A stretch of DNA of 63,653 nt, the filler included, from Welwitschia mirabilis (Eukaryota): the NCBI GenBank assembly GCA_051453625.1. It is 4 parts of one record of this genome, joined end to end, with 100 filler letters (N's around TTAATTAATTAA, not from the genome) between each part and the next. Parts side by side here need not be neighbours in the genome. Positions count along the whole stretch, not along the records: positions 1 to 23,884 come from JBOZIK010000001.1; 3 more parts are not named here. One strand, given 5' to 3'. The position numbers and the translations under genes are program-made. This document shows positions 1 to 14,379 of this stretch, piece by piece (within the stretch, counting starts at the first letter, position 1; every line of letters begins with the position of its first letter). Under the pieces are notes generated by a model that saw only the letters and a list, made by a program, of their open reading frames with translations, was not told the origin of the DNA and did not search any database.

Positions 1-1600
1 TAAGAATTCTGCAGGGAAGCCATCTATACCTGGAGATTTTCCATCTTTTAATTACTGGAGATTAGTTATAAGCTTAGCATTCAATAATTAATTATCACTT
101 TCAAAGATATATTTATTAAAAGGGGGAGTCACACTAAGATAAATGTTTACACTTTTCACACAGATTAACCCCATCTCAAAAATGCTAGAATAGTAAGAGT
201 AAAACTTTAAGCGAATATCTTTCTAAGTGATGAATAAGTCTTTATCTGAATAAATGGTATCCATTTGGGGAGAGAAAGAATTTCCTTTTAGAAAGTGGAA
301 AAACTCGGGAGAAGACTGGTTACTCATACAAAGCTAAGAAAGACAGTCTTGATTGTGTTGATCATAAGCCTCATGATGCTAAAAATGTTGCAACCTNNNN
401 NNNNNNNNNNNNNNNNNNNNNNNNNNNNNNNNNNNNNNNNNNNNNNNNNNNNNNNNNNNNNNNNNNNNNNNNNNNNNNNNNNNNNNNNNNNNNNNNCAAG
501 CCTCATGATGCTCAAAATGTTGCAACCTGAATTTAGCAGAGAATAGAATTAAAAAATCTAAATTCATACCATTTCCCCATTAGCTATGGTTTAATAAGTC
601 TGAATATTAGAAAGGAGTTCCACCTTATAGTGCTGAGAGTTTCTAACTGAAAGATTTTCAAAGTGATTAACCAAATAATGAACTCTAGTAGAGGCGTTAT
701 TCCACTCATTAGTCCAACCATTATTGTTAGCGGCCTCAGTGATAAGTTCCAGAAGCACAAAATGAGATTATACAAAGAGTTGCTCTGTAAAAATGAAGTG
801 TTGAAAATGAAAAGGATTAGAGAATGATCAGATAACACTTGAGAAAAATCTGCTTAGAGTGGTAAACCTTTTTTTAACTGGAAATGAACTATATTATTGC
901 TAAATTAGTAATCTCAATCAATGCAAGAAGAGATATAGGCATAACCTGATCTAGCATTATTCCAAGTGAACCATTCTGAAGTAGTTGAAGTTCTAAAATT
1001 ATTATTATCATCTTAAAGATTAAACTTGTTTTTAAATTTGATTCAAGTTGATAATTCTAAAAGATCAAACCTTACAACTCTTTCTTCTATTTTATCACAA
1101 GAGTATTCAATCATATTACAGTTACTTGCTATGATCTAGGTGAATTCTGGTAAGGTTTGAGTAAGCTACATCCATAATTTAGTACGATCTTAACCTTGAC
1201 AAGGAGCATAAATACATAAGAAACCAAAGATATGGTTTAGGTAGTTAATGTAGACCCAAAAAAAATTCCCATTATGATTTCTACCAGAATCTATGATATG
1301 ATTTGTCTAATTATTATGTATAATAAGAGCTACTCCTCTCTTACAATTATCATGATCAATAAAATTGAACCAGTCATTACCAAAAGATTCTGAAAAAAGG
1401 ATTCAAGGATAAAGCCTTGAATTTTAACTTCTTACAAAATTACTATATTTACTCTTTTAGCTAATATATGATTTTAGAATATTCTTTTTCTAAGGGGGAC
1501 TGAGAGACCCCTTACATTTAAAGATATGCAATTCATGTTGAATAGTTTGCAGGAATATCATCAACCTTCAACCATTCAAAAGAATTGATTGATTCAAAAA
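1..1600 (-). mobile_element. L1-type LINE ORF2 relic (AP endonuclease to start of RT), frameshifted and with stops; runs off the left window edge
   Basis: Minus-strand translation gives FTWNNARSGYAYISSCID (~915-975), VLSDHSLILF (~810-840, the SDH motif closing the APE endonuclease) and DGKSPGIDGFPAEFL (2-46, the KSPGxDG motif preceding L1 RT). Confidence 0.85.
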
Positions 1601-1949
1601 TTTTTGCAGTAGATTTGCTTGGATGTTGGGCTGAGANNNNNNNNNNGATAAACTTGATTTTCCTCTTGCATCTGAAAGGGATGGTTTCTTCTTAGTGACT
1701 AAAGCATAGATTTTTTTTACCTATTGTATGGCTAGGATTTGCTTAAGTAGTGAGATTGCCAATTCTCTTTAGCCCCATTTGTCTATGATGAGTCCATACT
1801 TGCTATGAAGAAGAGCCAAAATTCTTGAGATTATCTTATTTGTCTGTATTAGAAACACTTTATGTTGACTTGCCTAGTGCATTACATTCAAAACCCTTGC
1901 TTTTAAGTTCAGTTGCCACTTTCTATGCCAATAGTTTCTCTTCTTCTAG

Positions 1950-3000
1950 TTTGGCCAACAATTTAGGGCAATAGGTTTGAATATGATTAGATAGTAGCAT
2001 ATTTCTGATAAGGTTAAGTAAACTATTTTTTGAATGTATTCCTTTCCTTTAGCTTTGAATTTACGCCTTTCTAGGAGAGTTTATGTAAATCTAGAATAAC
2101 ACATAAGATTCCATACTAATAACTTGTCCTAACTGAGATGATAGAATATCAACATGAGCCATAAAATGAGAAGGTAGTTCTAGAAATTTGATCCATATTA
2201 AAATATTACTTTGACTTTCTTTTTCTGTATTAAAATTCTCCACCTAAGGTTTGAGAATAAGATAGGATAGACATTTAATACAAGCTATTGCTTAACAAAA
2301 TCTACCATTTTTTCAGTTTCAAAAGCAAATAGAAAAAAATCCCTAGTCAGANNNNNNNTAAGAGTGACATTGGTATCTTTAGAACCCCATTGTTTTTTAA
2401 TCTAGTCTTGAAAGGCTCCCATAGGTGGTATTTTCCTAGTGAAGAAACCAATAGCATAAAGGTGCTTAAAAGTGTTGACAATTTTATCATAGATGTTTTC
2501 AAGAAATCCAAATTCAATAATTAAAGGCTGGTTTTCCTTAACAACATGAGGTTCTTTGAAGTTACCTAAAGCATTTGCAGGAATTTTTTGGATGTTGAAG
2601 TTCAAAGTTGACATGTGTTTAATNNNNNNNNNNNNNNNNNNNNNNNNNNNNNNNNNNNNNNNNNNNNNNNNNNNNNNNNNNNNNNNNNNNNNNNNNNNNN
2701 NNNNNNNNNNNNNNNNNNNNNNNAATCCAGTCTTGAAATGATCCCATAGGTGGTATTTTCCTAGTGAAGAAACCAATAGCATAAAGTTGCTTAAAAATGT
2801 TGACAATTTTATCCTAGATGTTTTCGAGAAATCCAAATTCAATAGTTAAAGGCTGGTTTTCCTTATCAACATGAGGTTCTTTGAAGTTACCTGAAGCATT
2901 TGCAGGAATTTTTTGGATGTTGAAGTTCAAAGTTGACATATGTTTAATCTTACATCTTTTGAATGGATCTACTGCATGCACAAGGTGCATGTGCTTTAAN
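1950..3000 (-). mobile_element. LINE ORF1 relic (DUF4283-type), upstream of the ORF2 relic
   Basis: Minus strand reads ILKP*VENFNTEKESQSNILIWIKFLELPSHF (~2165-2265), matching the plant L1 ORF1 motif PWxxxFxP...VPIWxxFPxLP. Order and orientation fit ORF2 at 1-1600. Confidence 0.7.
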
Positions 3001-4058
3001 NNNNNNNNNNNNNNNNNNNNNNNNNNNNNNNNNNNNNNNNNNNNNNNNNNNNNNNNNNNNNNNNNNATTTGTTGTATGTAATGCATGCACTGAATTTTTT
3101 ACTGTCGGCATAGCTTGCTTGTTCGATTCCCATTGAGTCACCTTTTTCCTCCCTCTCTTGTTTTTTCTAATTAAAAGGTTTATGGCTCTCCTACATGTGC
3201 AGCGCCCTTCCAAACTCTACATCACTCAAACATGTTGCCTGCACGAAAGAGAAACTGATCAATAAATCACACAGACATTTCCCATTTCACTCAAATGCTC
3301 AGACTCCTTCACTTTACACATCCGCTCTCCAGTTTTGCTCACCATTTCTATGCAGATCTCCACTCAGCCAGCTGCTTAGACTAGTTGTTTGCTACAAATG
3401 CTTGCCGTTTCTACTCACCCAAAGTCATGTACTACAGATGCTTACCCCTCCATACTTAGAAACTTATAAGCGCTACTCACCACCTTTGCGCGCCTTAAGT
3501 CCTTTGTCGTAGATGATTGCCACTACGATGCTTAGGAAATCTCAAATGCTCGCTTGTTTGAAACCTCACCAACGATGTGCTTTATGTGATTTAATGTAAT
3601 TATGTATGCATGTTATAGNNNNNNNNNNNNNNNNNNNNNNNNNNNNNNNNNNNNNNNNNNNNNNNNNNNNNNNNNNNNNNNNNNNNNNNNNNNNNNNNNN
3701 NNNNNNNNNNNNNNNNNNNNNNNNNNNNNNNNNNNNNNNNNNNNNNNNNNNNNNNNNNNNNNNNNNNNNNNNNNNNNNNNNNNNNNNNNNNNNNNNNNNN
3801 NNNNNNNNNNNNNNNNNNNNNNNNNNNNNNNNNNNNNNNNNNNNNNNNNNNNNNNNNNNNNNNNNNNNNNNNNNNNNNNNNNNNNNNNNNNNNNNNNNNN
3901 NNNNNNNNNNNNNNNNNNNNNNNNNNNNNNNNNNNNNNNNNNNNNNNNNNNNNNNNNNNNNNNNNNNNNNNNNNNNNNNNNNNNNNNNNNNNNNNNNNNN
4001 NNNNNNNNNNNNNNNNNNNNNNNNNNNNNNNNNNNNNNNNNNNNNNNNNNNNNNNNNT

Positions 4059-5924
4059 ACAACATAGTAATATAGATGAGAGTCAACCCAAATGCTATAA
4101 TCTATCGAAGGCACTAAGTGAGAAGAAAGAGAATTGAATTTCAAAAAGTACTTTTAGAATTTTCTTTTAGGTTTAACGAAATGAAAAGTACAATGCAAGA
4201 AACATAAAAATACTATGCAAATGCAAATGCAGTCTAATCTAAATGCAATATCTATCTAATTACTAAATCTCTATCACCAATATCGACCTTATATAACCTA
4301 GATTACTTAAGGAAACTATCACTAACTTTAACCAACCTAAGCTATCAAGTGCATCGAACAGAATATGATAACATGCAATGATTTAATCTATGAAATGTAA
4401 AATGCAATGCAATGCAAGATTCTAAACTGACATTTTCAACCTTAACAAAGGTTAGACTTAATGACCTATATCACAAATGAAGATATTATGGATTCATAAG
4501 CAACATAAACCTTAAGGGACATGCATATTAATATGATCAAAACTAAAATAATATTTCCATTAAAAGTCGAACCAACATCTTGTTACAAAGCAGTAGCACC
4601 TCAATGAAGAAGACATAACCCACCACTAAGGAAGGTTCCTCTTTACNNNNNNNNNNNNNNNNNNNNNNNNNNNNNNNNNNNNNNNNNNNNNNNNNNNNNN
4701 NNNNNNNNNNNNNNNNNNNNNNNNNNNNNNNNNNNNNNNNNNNNNNGATTCTAAACTAACATTTTAAACCTTAACAAAGGTTACACTTAATGACCTATAT
4801 CACAAATGAAGCTATCATGGATTCATAAGCAACATAAACCATAAGGCACATGCACATTAATATGATCAAAACTAAAAGAAGATTTCCACTAAAAGTCGAA
4901 CCAACATCTTGTTACAAAGCAGCAACACCTTAATGAAGGAGACATAACCCAACACTAAGGAAGGTCCCTCTTTGCAACTAACAGACAAATCTTTAGCACT
5001 TTGACTCCTGTCATGAGAATTTTCAGTGCAACAAAGATGATCAAAATCAAGGGAAAAGGTGGTATTTATTGACAACAATAGACTCAAAAATAGACAATCT
5101 TAATAGATGCATGAGAAAACCTAATGGACTCTAGAAAGCACATGATACATTGCACAAGTTTGATAAAGTTTAATACATTGACTAAAATTATATTGTCATC
5201 TTGGTTGTTGCCCAGATGATGGTGGGGATGATGCCATGTCAAGAGACTTCTATATTTAGCCTTCATGTCAATCTANNNNNNNNNNNNNNNNNNNNNNNNN
5301 NNNNNNNNNNNNNNNNNNNNNNNNNNNNNNNNNNNNNNNNNNNNNNNNNNNNNNNNNNNNNNNNNNNNNNNNNNNAACGAAGATGATTAGAATCAAGGGA
5401 AAAAGTGGTATTTATTGACAGCAACAGACTCAAAAATAGACAATCCTAATAGATGCATGAAAAAACCTAATGGAACCTAGAAAGCACATGATACATTGCA
5501 CAAGTTTAATAAAGTTTAATACATTGACTAAAATTATATTGCCATCTTAGTTATTACCTAGATGATGGTGGGGATGATGCCATGTCAAGAGAGTTCTATA
5601 TTTAGCCTTCATGTCAATCTAGTCATCATCTTAGTTAGCATGCAAGTGGTGTCATCCTAGTTTGTTGTCTAGATGATTGAGGGGATGATAGTCTTCTTAA
5701 AGATCTTTATTAAGTTAAACTAGCCTTAAAGATCATTAATTCCTCCTTAAAATGTGAAGTTTTAGAATTAGTCCAAAATACCTCCAAAAGTGCTAGTATT
5801 TATGCATTTCCATGACTCTTCATAATCATCATTTTGTACTTAAACCTATCTAAATGTCTTGTAAAACTACTCAAAATACCCCATCAACAACATATAATTT
5901 GACATTGCAGTAGGTACCCTATCA
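4059..5924 (-). mobile_element. LTR (gypsy, Athila-like), probable solo LTR; same family as 40330-41600
   Basis: Ends in ...CCCTATCA (TGATA on the minus strand). Colinear similarity to 40420-41600, e.g. TTCAACCTTAAxAAAGG, GACCTATATC, GAACCAACATCT, TATTTAT and the CCCCAT...TAATTTG end. No coding motifs. Confidence 0.6.
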
Positions 5925-6735
5925 AAATAGCCTGTGTGTTTGTGTATATGTATGTATGTATGTATGTTAATCGTATTACTATAGTGCTTATTCTGTTATG
6001 ATACTTCCCTTCCATTGGCTCACACCAAGATGTTAGGGAGATACGAGGGGTTTCTTAAGCTTAGTAGATGAGGTTATTAATGGATAACTATGGCCAAGTA
6101 ACCAAGGGGTTCATTAGAATTCCTTATTAGGGGTAAATGTTATGATTTCGAGAGTTCTTGACAAGTTTCCTCCTATATTTTCACATATAGCTCCTATGCA
6201 TGTGTATGTATATGTGTGTGTAATACATTGTGGTGTTGTTTTGATTTTGTTTGGTACCATACTCTTTTCTAATTGAGCCGCATATTAATTTCTTGCATTA
6301 TTCTTACATTTATCATGCATTTAATTGCTTACATGGCCACTAATACGAATCATACTGATCTACTATATTCTCATGTTATTAGTGGAGATGGGAATGAGGC
6401 CCAAGATAGAACTACATGCAGTCTAAACTCTTTCAGTTGAGGATACATAAGCATGGTTGCTTAGCTATTGATGCGACCAACCTCTTGATCATGACTTATA
6501 CACTTCTTTTATGTGTTCCTAATTGAGATTTCTAAATAGTGTTAAGATTGCTTGTAGTGTTGCTTAAGTGAGCTATTGTCATATAGTTCTCCTAAGGTGT
6601 AGCTTGTGGGTAATTAAGAGGTAAGTCTCTAAGTCATAACTTAATTGATCTTCTATAATGGTTAATTACGTAATGTTAACTTTTTTTGGAAAAAAATTGT
6701 GATTCTTGAGTCCAACCCAAGGTTGAGTTGTGACA
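5925..6735 (+). mobile_element. Probable Tekay/Del-type (chromovirus) LTR 3' part
   Basis: Ends in CCCAAGGTTGAGTTGTGACA, resembling Del/Tekay LTR ends. Contains TATG/GCAT-rich tracts typical of those LTRs. Family assignment is by recalled pattern only. Confidence 0.35.
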
Positions 6736-9700
6736 AAATTTATTTGAAGTGAACAACATAATTAACAAGGATTCTTCTCACCATGATGGTGTTAGATAAG
6801 ATTGAAAAAGAAAATATCTCACAATTTCCTTTAGCATCTCCTCTTTCTTCCTTTTTTGATATTGGTATTTAAGCATTGGAATGTCTGTTACATGTCTTTT
6901 CTAAATGAAAACACTGACAAATATCTTTTTTAAATAACATGTATTCATCCTTGGGAAGTTTGAGTTACCTTGCCCATGTTAGCACGTTTTAATTGGGATA
7001 TATTTACTCCCATTATTGACTGCATCTCATTTTTAAATGTTTGAAAATAGTATAGAACTTAATTTTTGTACTGCATCACCAAATGTAATTATATTATAGA
7101 AACTTGTCCATTATGAGTCATAATTTGGTTTGTATCCTTTTAATAAAACTAAAATTTAGGTTCTAGTGGTAGTGGTATTTTTGTTAGAGATTTAGTCCCA
7201 TTTTCATAGACCAAGATGAGATTAGACTATGAGAAACTTGCTATATAATAGAGTTAATTTAAGAAATTTATATTTATTTGTATTTCTTAATTTAATACTT
7301 AACTAATTATGATGAATAGACAAGTTATATTCTAAATGATGTGTTTAGTAGATGATATTACAATTAAGACAGGAACTAGGTTTTATTTTTGTTTTCATAG
7401 GAAATATCTCATAAATTATTAATTAGAAGCAAATAATATTATAGATATTTTTCTCATTCCTACATATGTATTGGTGTATCTCAAAGTTTAGAGATTAAAT
7501 TTCTTGTTATGGAACTTATAAATCATAAACAATCTAATTGTGCTACATATATAAGATGCTTATTTATAATTTCCTTTTGTTATACTTTTTCTCATGGAAT
7601 TTATGGTACTTGGTCTTGCTACTTTGATCATTTTTCCTTTTCCATATGTATGATATACCTTTGTGTTAGCTAATTTAAGTATTTTGTTAATTGGTTTGTA
7701 CATACTATGTAAACACTCATATTTGGCATGTTTTCAATCTTTTATGCTATAATTCTACCCTTTTATGGTTTTTTAAATAAAAATATTATTTCACAACATG
7801 AGTAAAAGTTGTACATCCCATGATCGTTTTTACACATAACTATTACAATATTGTATGTTATGATTTATGCCATAAAATGTTTATTATCAGTTAGATATGT
7901 AGGTAAGAAATAAGGACCAAACATTGGAGAATAGTAAACCTTTTTAATTATGATTCTTATTACATAGTTAAGTTTTATTATAGTAATATATTTAAATATA
8001 CAACTTGTTTTTAATAATTTCATTAAATTTATTACGCAGTATGGGATATTTAGAAAATAACTCTCTGATTAAGCACATGTTTTCTACTTCCAAAATTAAT
8101 AAGGTCAAGAGAAAATATTTTTATTAACATTATTAATCCTTGTCTAATTCTTAGGATGTTTCATAAGGGGTTTTTTTAATTATGATGCCTTTGTCTATAT
8201 GAAATATCTTCTCCAATTATGAGGATTTATTCATCCCACTTTTCTTTGAATTTTTTAAATTATTCTAGGAGTATTTCATATAGTATTCATCTAATTATAG
8301 ATCATACATCATTTGTTTTGAACATTATTCTTCTTCTTAGATAGAATATTTTTACTCTTATAGACATGTTCTCTTTTGTATCATTTTCCTAAGTAAATAT
8401 ATTCTTATATTGTAATCCATCTTTATTTTATAATGTTACAGACTTGACTAGTTAGATGTACGAAGTTTTTCCAATGTATACTCATGTAACATTATTTAAG
8501 GCTATGATAAGAACATACTTTTTATTAGGCTAAACCTAGTAAGAGATTTTCCCTATTTTTATACTTACTTATTTTTGTAGTATACTTCATGAATAATTTA
8601 GATAATCATTTATTAATTTTCAGTTTAATATTATTGATTTACCTTAATAATGATCTCATCCTTGGTTTACTTAGTGATAGGTCAAAACCTTCCTTGTAAA
8701 GTTTGTTATATTTGTATCAAAATATAATGAATTGATAGATATTTTAGTATAATATAGCATGTATTAATATTACATTGTTGTTTCATATTGCTAACTATGT
8801 AATAGGGAAATAATGTGAAGTCTAACAGGGGATGAAATGAGTAGCTGGAAAATAGGCTACAGTTGCAGCAGCTTTACAAGTGGCATGAAGCATTGAATAA
8901 CATACAAGTAATTGGGGAAACCTAGAAATGTGGTGAAAAGGGAAAAAACAAATTGCTAACACTATTTGTGTATAGTGGTGGGTCTTTGGAAATATTGGAA
9001 AGGTTCTTAGGAGAAAGAATCATCATTTGGAAGTGCTACAAAGGGAGTTCCAAATCATTGCACCTACTATTACTACACAGAGAACTATTTTTTATTGTTG
9101 AGTTTCTATTAAACTAATAGTAATACAAGTATAACTATTCTGAAAAGAATCTTGTATTATTGTATATGTAAGTTGTAAAAGTTACATGTAATTATTCCAT
9201 GCTCTTAATACTAATTTAGCTGGGGTTAACATGAAAATGATCCATTAGTTAGAAATAGGTAACACACAAAGCCATCTAGAAGTTTATGTATTTTTTAATC
9301 TGCTTTTACCTCCATTTCTAGAAGTATTACAAATAGAATAGAAGTTATTAGAATACCATTTACCAAGGATAGTCATTCTTGATAAGAAATGTGTTCTAAT
9401 GCATAAATAATCTTTATTAGGATTAGAAGCTTGAAAATAAACCTTCCTAAAAATTCCTAATTATTAAGACTATGTTCATGTTTGGTACTTTTAGTTAAAT
9501 TTTCCAACATAGTTTTTGTGTAATTGTAATTTAAGTAGGATTTTTTTTCCTAAGAATACTTTGCTTTTTTCATTATTTTCACTTATGAAAAAGGATTGTA
9601 ATTTTACCATCAAAAGGAGGGCCTTCAAGCCTTTTTAAAATATAAATAATGAAGATCCTTTTAATGAAATAGAAATAAGGAAGGTGGAGGAATGATAAAG

Positions 9701-9929
9701 GAAGATATGTGCAGAATCCTGAAAAATACAAGTTAGATGAACAACTAGTGATGCTTTGAAAGTAGAGATTGATCCGTATGACTTCATAGAAGATATGGAA
9801 ACACTTAAAAAGAGTAAAATAAAATTATAAAGAAAAATAAATCTTTTAATATAAATACAAAAAGGAAGAGGTAAGTCTCTAATGGTGGAAGGATTATGTT
9901 GGGATGAGGAATAGAAATATGACTCAACC

Positions 9930-11400
9930 ACTTTGAGTATAGATTATTATATGCCTATCAAATCCAATCCTATGGATCCTTTAGTTTTAGAAACTCCTAA
10001 TAAGATAAGAAATATAAAAACTACTAATATTTGCACTTTTAAGGCTAAAAATTATGGGCAACATATGCTTCATTTAAGCCTTTTTTATTCCTTTTGCAAA
10101 GCTAACTACTTAGAAATTAATTGGGATTTCTTGATATACTTTCCTTTTTCATTAAAAGGATATGTCCAGTTATGGTTATATTCTAAATCATTCTTTTAAA
10201 ACTTAGATTTCCCTGAGAACAATACTAATTGAATATTTGAGAAATTAAATCTTGAATATAAAGTAAAATGACAAGGATGAGTTTATGGACAAATGTTGGA
10301 TTTCATTAGGAAAATGTCCTCACCACGAGATAATTTTAATNNNNNNNNNNNNNNNNNNNNNNNNNNNNNNNNNNNNNNNNNNNNNNNNNNNNNNNNNNNN
10401 NNNNNNNNNNNNNNNNNNNNNNNNNNNNNNNNNNNNNNNNNNNNNNNNNNNNNNNNNNNNNNNNNNNNNNNNNNNNNNNNNNNNNNNNNNNNNNNNNNNN
10501 NNNNNNNNNNNNNNNNNNNNNNNNNNNNNNNNNNNNNNNNNNNNNNNNNNNNNNNNNNNNNNNNNNNNNNNNNNNNNNNNNNNNNNNNNNNNNNNNNNNN
10601 NNNNNNNNNNNNNNNNNNNNNNNNNNNNNNNNNNNNNNNNNNNNNNNNNNNNNNNNNNNNNNNNNNNNNNNNNNNNNNNNNNNNNNNNNNNNNNNNNNNN
10701 NNNNNNNNNNNNNNNNNNNNNNNNNNNNNNNNNNNNNNNNNNNNNNNNNNNNNNNNNNNNNNNNNNNNNNNNNNNNNNNNNNNNNNNNNNNNNNNNNNNN
10801 NNNNNNNNNNNNNNNNNNNNNNNNNNNNNNNNNNNNNNNNNNNNNNNNNNNNNNNNNNNNNNNNNNNNNNNNNNNNNNNNNNNNNNNNNNNNNNNNNNNN
10901 NNNNNNNNNNNNNNNNNNNNNNNNNNNNNNNNNNNNNNNNNNNNNNNNNNNNNNNNNNNNNNNNNNNNNNNNNNNNNNNNNNNNNNNNNNNNNNNNNNNN
11001 NNNNNNNNNNNNNNTCCTCACCATGGGATAGCTTTAATAGAATAAAAAATAGCTTTGTTGAGGGATATACAAAGTGATTATTTGGAGAAATTAGGAATGC
11101 TCCATGGAGGTAGTATTAAGAATGACAACACCCCAAAAATTAAAGTGAGTATGAATAAACTATATAAGATAAATTAAGGGCAGAATCAGAGAAAGGTTAA
11201 GGGAATGAAAAAGATAAATTAAGTTACTATAGAGAAGGGAATAAAAATGAAACATGTAAATATGTTAGACGAGACTCATAAGAAAATATAAGCTTTAACT
11301 GAAGAAATAAATAGAATAAAACAAGATTAAGAAGTTAAAGCTTGCGAACATTATAATTAAAATAGTCATTAATCTATAGAATGTTCCTAAATGATAGGTT
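9930..11400 (+). pseudogene. Gypsy gag relic
   Basis: FCKANYLEINWDFLIYFPFSLKGYVQLWLYS matches the retrotransposon-gag FPFSLKGxAxxW motif. Also KCPHHG/HE either side of the gap. Confidence 0.7.
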
Positions 11401-12239
11401 TTATAGAATGGTTATATAATAATAGAATTAACTACAATATAAGCAATGTACCTGAGGCTAGAAATAAGCCTTATCCTAGTCAATCTATAAAATGGAAAAT
11501 CAAGAAAGAGAATTAAATATAAATNNNNNNNNNNNNNNNNNNNNNNNNNNNNNNNNNNNNNNNNNNNNNNNNNNNNNNNNNNNNNNNNNNNNNNNNNNNN
11601 NNNNNNNNNNNNNNNNNNNNNNNNAGAAAGAGAATTCAATATAAATATTTATTCAGTCTACAAGATAATATCAATTTTATTACTATAGAAACTAGAGAAG
11701 TTGAGAAGGAGAGTTTACTAATTAAAATATCAATAAGGAGAACAAACCGTAAGAACCTGCCACACTAGTATAACCTCAATCAAACCCAAGAAAAGCTGGT
11801 TGCAAGGCTATTAAAAATAAGTTAAGGAGAAACTTATATCCTAACTCACCTCTTAGAAAGAAAACAAAAGCAATGGAAAATGAGAAGAAGATAGAAAACA
11901 TCTCAACTAAATAGAGAAAAGAATAGATAACACATTACCTTTTCCAATGAAAAGTAAGATAGTGGAAGATATTCCAAGGAGAGAAGAAAAGAATTTAGAA
12001 TATATCACCATGGATTTGAAAAACACTTTAGTTTTACTAACCTTGATTAAATTGTTAAAGGATATTTCTTTATATTGGAAGAAAATGAAGAATCTTATAG
12101 TAAAAAAAAGAACTAATAAAATGAAGAAAAAAGAAGAAAGTAGATAGTAAAAATAGATATCGAAGTGAAGAAAATAGATCAATTTTCATGGGCTTCTATT
12201 CAAGTCTTATAAATAAATCAAATTAGAAAATATGATAAC

Positions 12240-12570
12240 TCTGAAATAATAGTAGTGGATATAGTGGTAGAAGATTCTTGTAAAATAGAAGCTCTAGTGG
12301 CCTTAGGTGCTAATATTAATATTATCTCTTATGAAATATTTGAATATCTTAAAAGTCCTCAACTAGTCCCTTACAATGGTTAAGTTTACATGGTAGATGG
12401 CTCAACTGTAAGGCTAGAAGTTAAATACATTTATATAGCTTCAAGGATTTAGATACCTAATAGATCTAGCTATCATAAGAACTAAACAAAAGACTCATTG
12501 TATCATCTTGAAGAGATCCTGAATGGTAATAGAAAATGAAACTATCTATTCTAGAAAGGAAGTCATGGGA
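12240..12570 (+). pseudogene. Gypsy aspartic protease relic
   Basis: KIEALVALGANINIISYEIFEYL is a decayed ALxDLGASINxM motif, followed by MVDGSTVRLE. Confidence 0.7.
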
Positions 12571-12879
12571 ATTTGTTTAAGAGATTTATCATAGTAAATA
12601 AAAATATAAGCTGAAGCAGAAATTGAGCACCCTTCCTCTCATAGGGGAGATAATGCCCATATGATTATGATGAGAGAAATACAAAAAATATTAGAAAAGG
12701 AAGAGGTGGATAGAAATGAATACTCATTAACTATGAAATTGGCTAAAAATGAAGAGGAACTTGAACAACCTCCTTTTAAAGAAGGATTTGAATATATAAA
12801 AATCTAAAAGAATCAACCATTAATTATTGACAACATTTTAACTCACTCTTAAAAGAGAAAATTTAAAAGGATTCTAATA

Positions 12880-14200
12880 AAATAAAAATAGAGTATTTGC
12901 TTAGACTTATGTGAATATCATAAGAATGGATACTATAGTCTAGAAAAATAAGATTTGCTTGGATATTACTGTAAAAACTATTAGATAGCTAGAGAGAAGG
13001 TGTAACTCCCATTTGCAGGAATTGATTAGATAGGAAATTTTAAGATTACTAAAGATATATTTCATCTTTATGGTAGTTCCAAAGAAAGGAAATAAGTGGA
13101 GGGTATGGATAGATTTTAGATTATTGAATGTTGGTACCTACAAATATCATGTTTTCTTACTATTTGTATATCACGTTTTAGAAAGAATTTCTAATCATAA
13201 GCATTATAAAATTTTGGATGAGTATAGTGGATATAATCAGATAACTATAGCACTTGAATACCACACAAAGATGACATTCACTTACAAATGTGGCACATGT
13301 GCTTTTAAATTCCTAACCTTTGGACTATGTAATGTACCAACCACTTTTCAGAGACTAGTTAATACTATTTTGCAAAATAAGATTGGAAGATCAATAAAGG
13401 TTTTATGAATGATTGTCAACTTTTGGAAATAATTTTGCTAAAGCTTGAAAGAGATGAGAATCTATAACTGGATGTGAGGGGAAAAAATTTAAAATTAAGC
13501 TAGTTTAAAAGTCATCTCATGGTAATAAAAGAAATTGTTTTATGTTATAGTATATCAGTTCAAGGTATTAAAACTAATAAATAAAAGTTTAGTGTCATTA
13601 AGAAATTCCATCATCCTCTAAACTAAGAGAATTAAGATTAGTTTTGGGCCATATGGTTTATTATAGAAGACTCATTACATATTTTAGTAAAATTGCTAAA
13701 CCATTAAGTAACCTCTTACAAAAAGATAAATCTTATGAATGGACTTAGAAATGTTAAGAATCTTTTCAAACATTGAAAAATAAAATAATAAAAGCACCTA
13801 CTTTGCAAAAACCATATTGGAACACACCTTTTCACATCATAACATATGCTTTAAAGTTTGCAATAAGGTAGAAACATGATAAACATAAACCTTATGCTAT
13901 TTCTTGCATCATAAAAATGTTAATTCTACACAATAAAATTATATGGTCATAGAAAAAGAAAAATGCTTGAAATTATTACATCTTTGAAAAAATTCAGGCA
14001 TTACATCCTAAGATCCAAAGTTAAAGTTCATATAGATCATAGTGTTGTATAAATCCTAATGAATAAAATGAAAGCTAACTCTTAAATTATCAAGTAGATT
14101 CTCTTGATTTAAAATTTGATCTAAAGGTAATAGATTAAAAAGGAAATATATTAAAAAGGAATAGAGAATTTACTAGCTAATTACTTGTCTACACTAGAAT
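12880..14200 (+). pseudogene. Gypsy reverse transcriptase / RNase H relic
   Basis: ORF 13070-13408 has VVPKKGNKWRVWIDFRLLN, LDEYSGYNQI and FGLCNVPTTFQR. Downstream: LGHMVYYRRLITYFSKIAKPLSNLLQKD, EKFRHYILRSKVKVHIDH. Confidence 0.92.
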
Positions 14201-14379
14201 TTCTTGAAGAAGCTAAGAAAATAGATATTATAAATGACTTTTCTCATGAATGTTTACTAATTATTTAACAAGCTCCTTGGTTTGCAAACATCATCAATTT
14301 CTTAGTAAGCAAAAAGATACATCCTTACTTAACATATTATGATAAAAAGAAGGTTATTAAGGCAAGTAAAAGATTACAT

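Noticed and set aside
6740-8670. Possible MULE/FAR1 transposase relic on the minus strand
   Set aside because: Only faint Cys/His and Trp patterns in very AT-rich DNA; not supportable without an HMM search.
12880-14200. RT as an endogenous caulimovirid
   Set aside because: It is followed by a gypsy integrase and preceded by retrotransposon gag, and no movement protein was seen.
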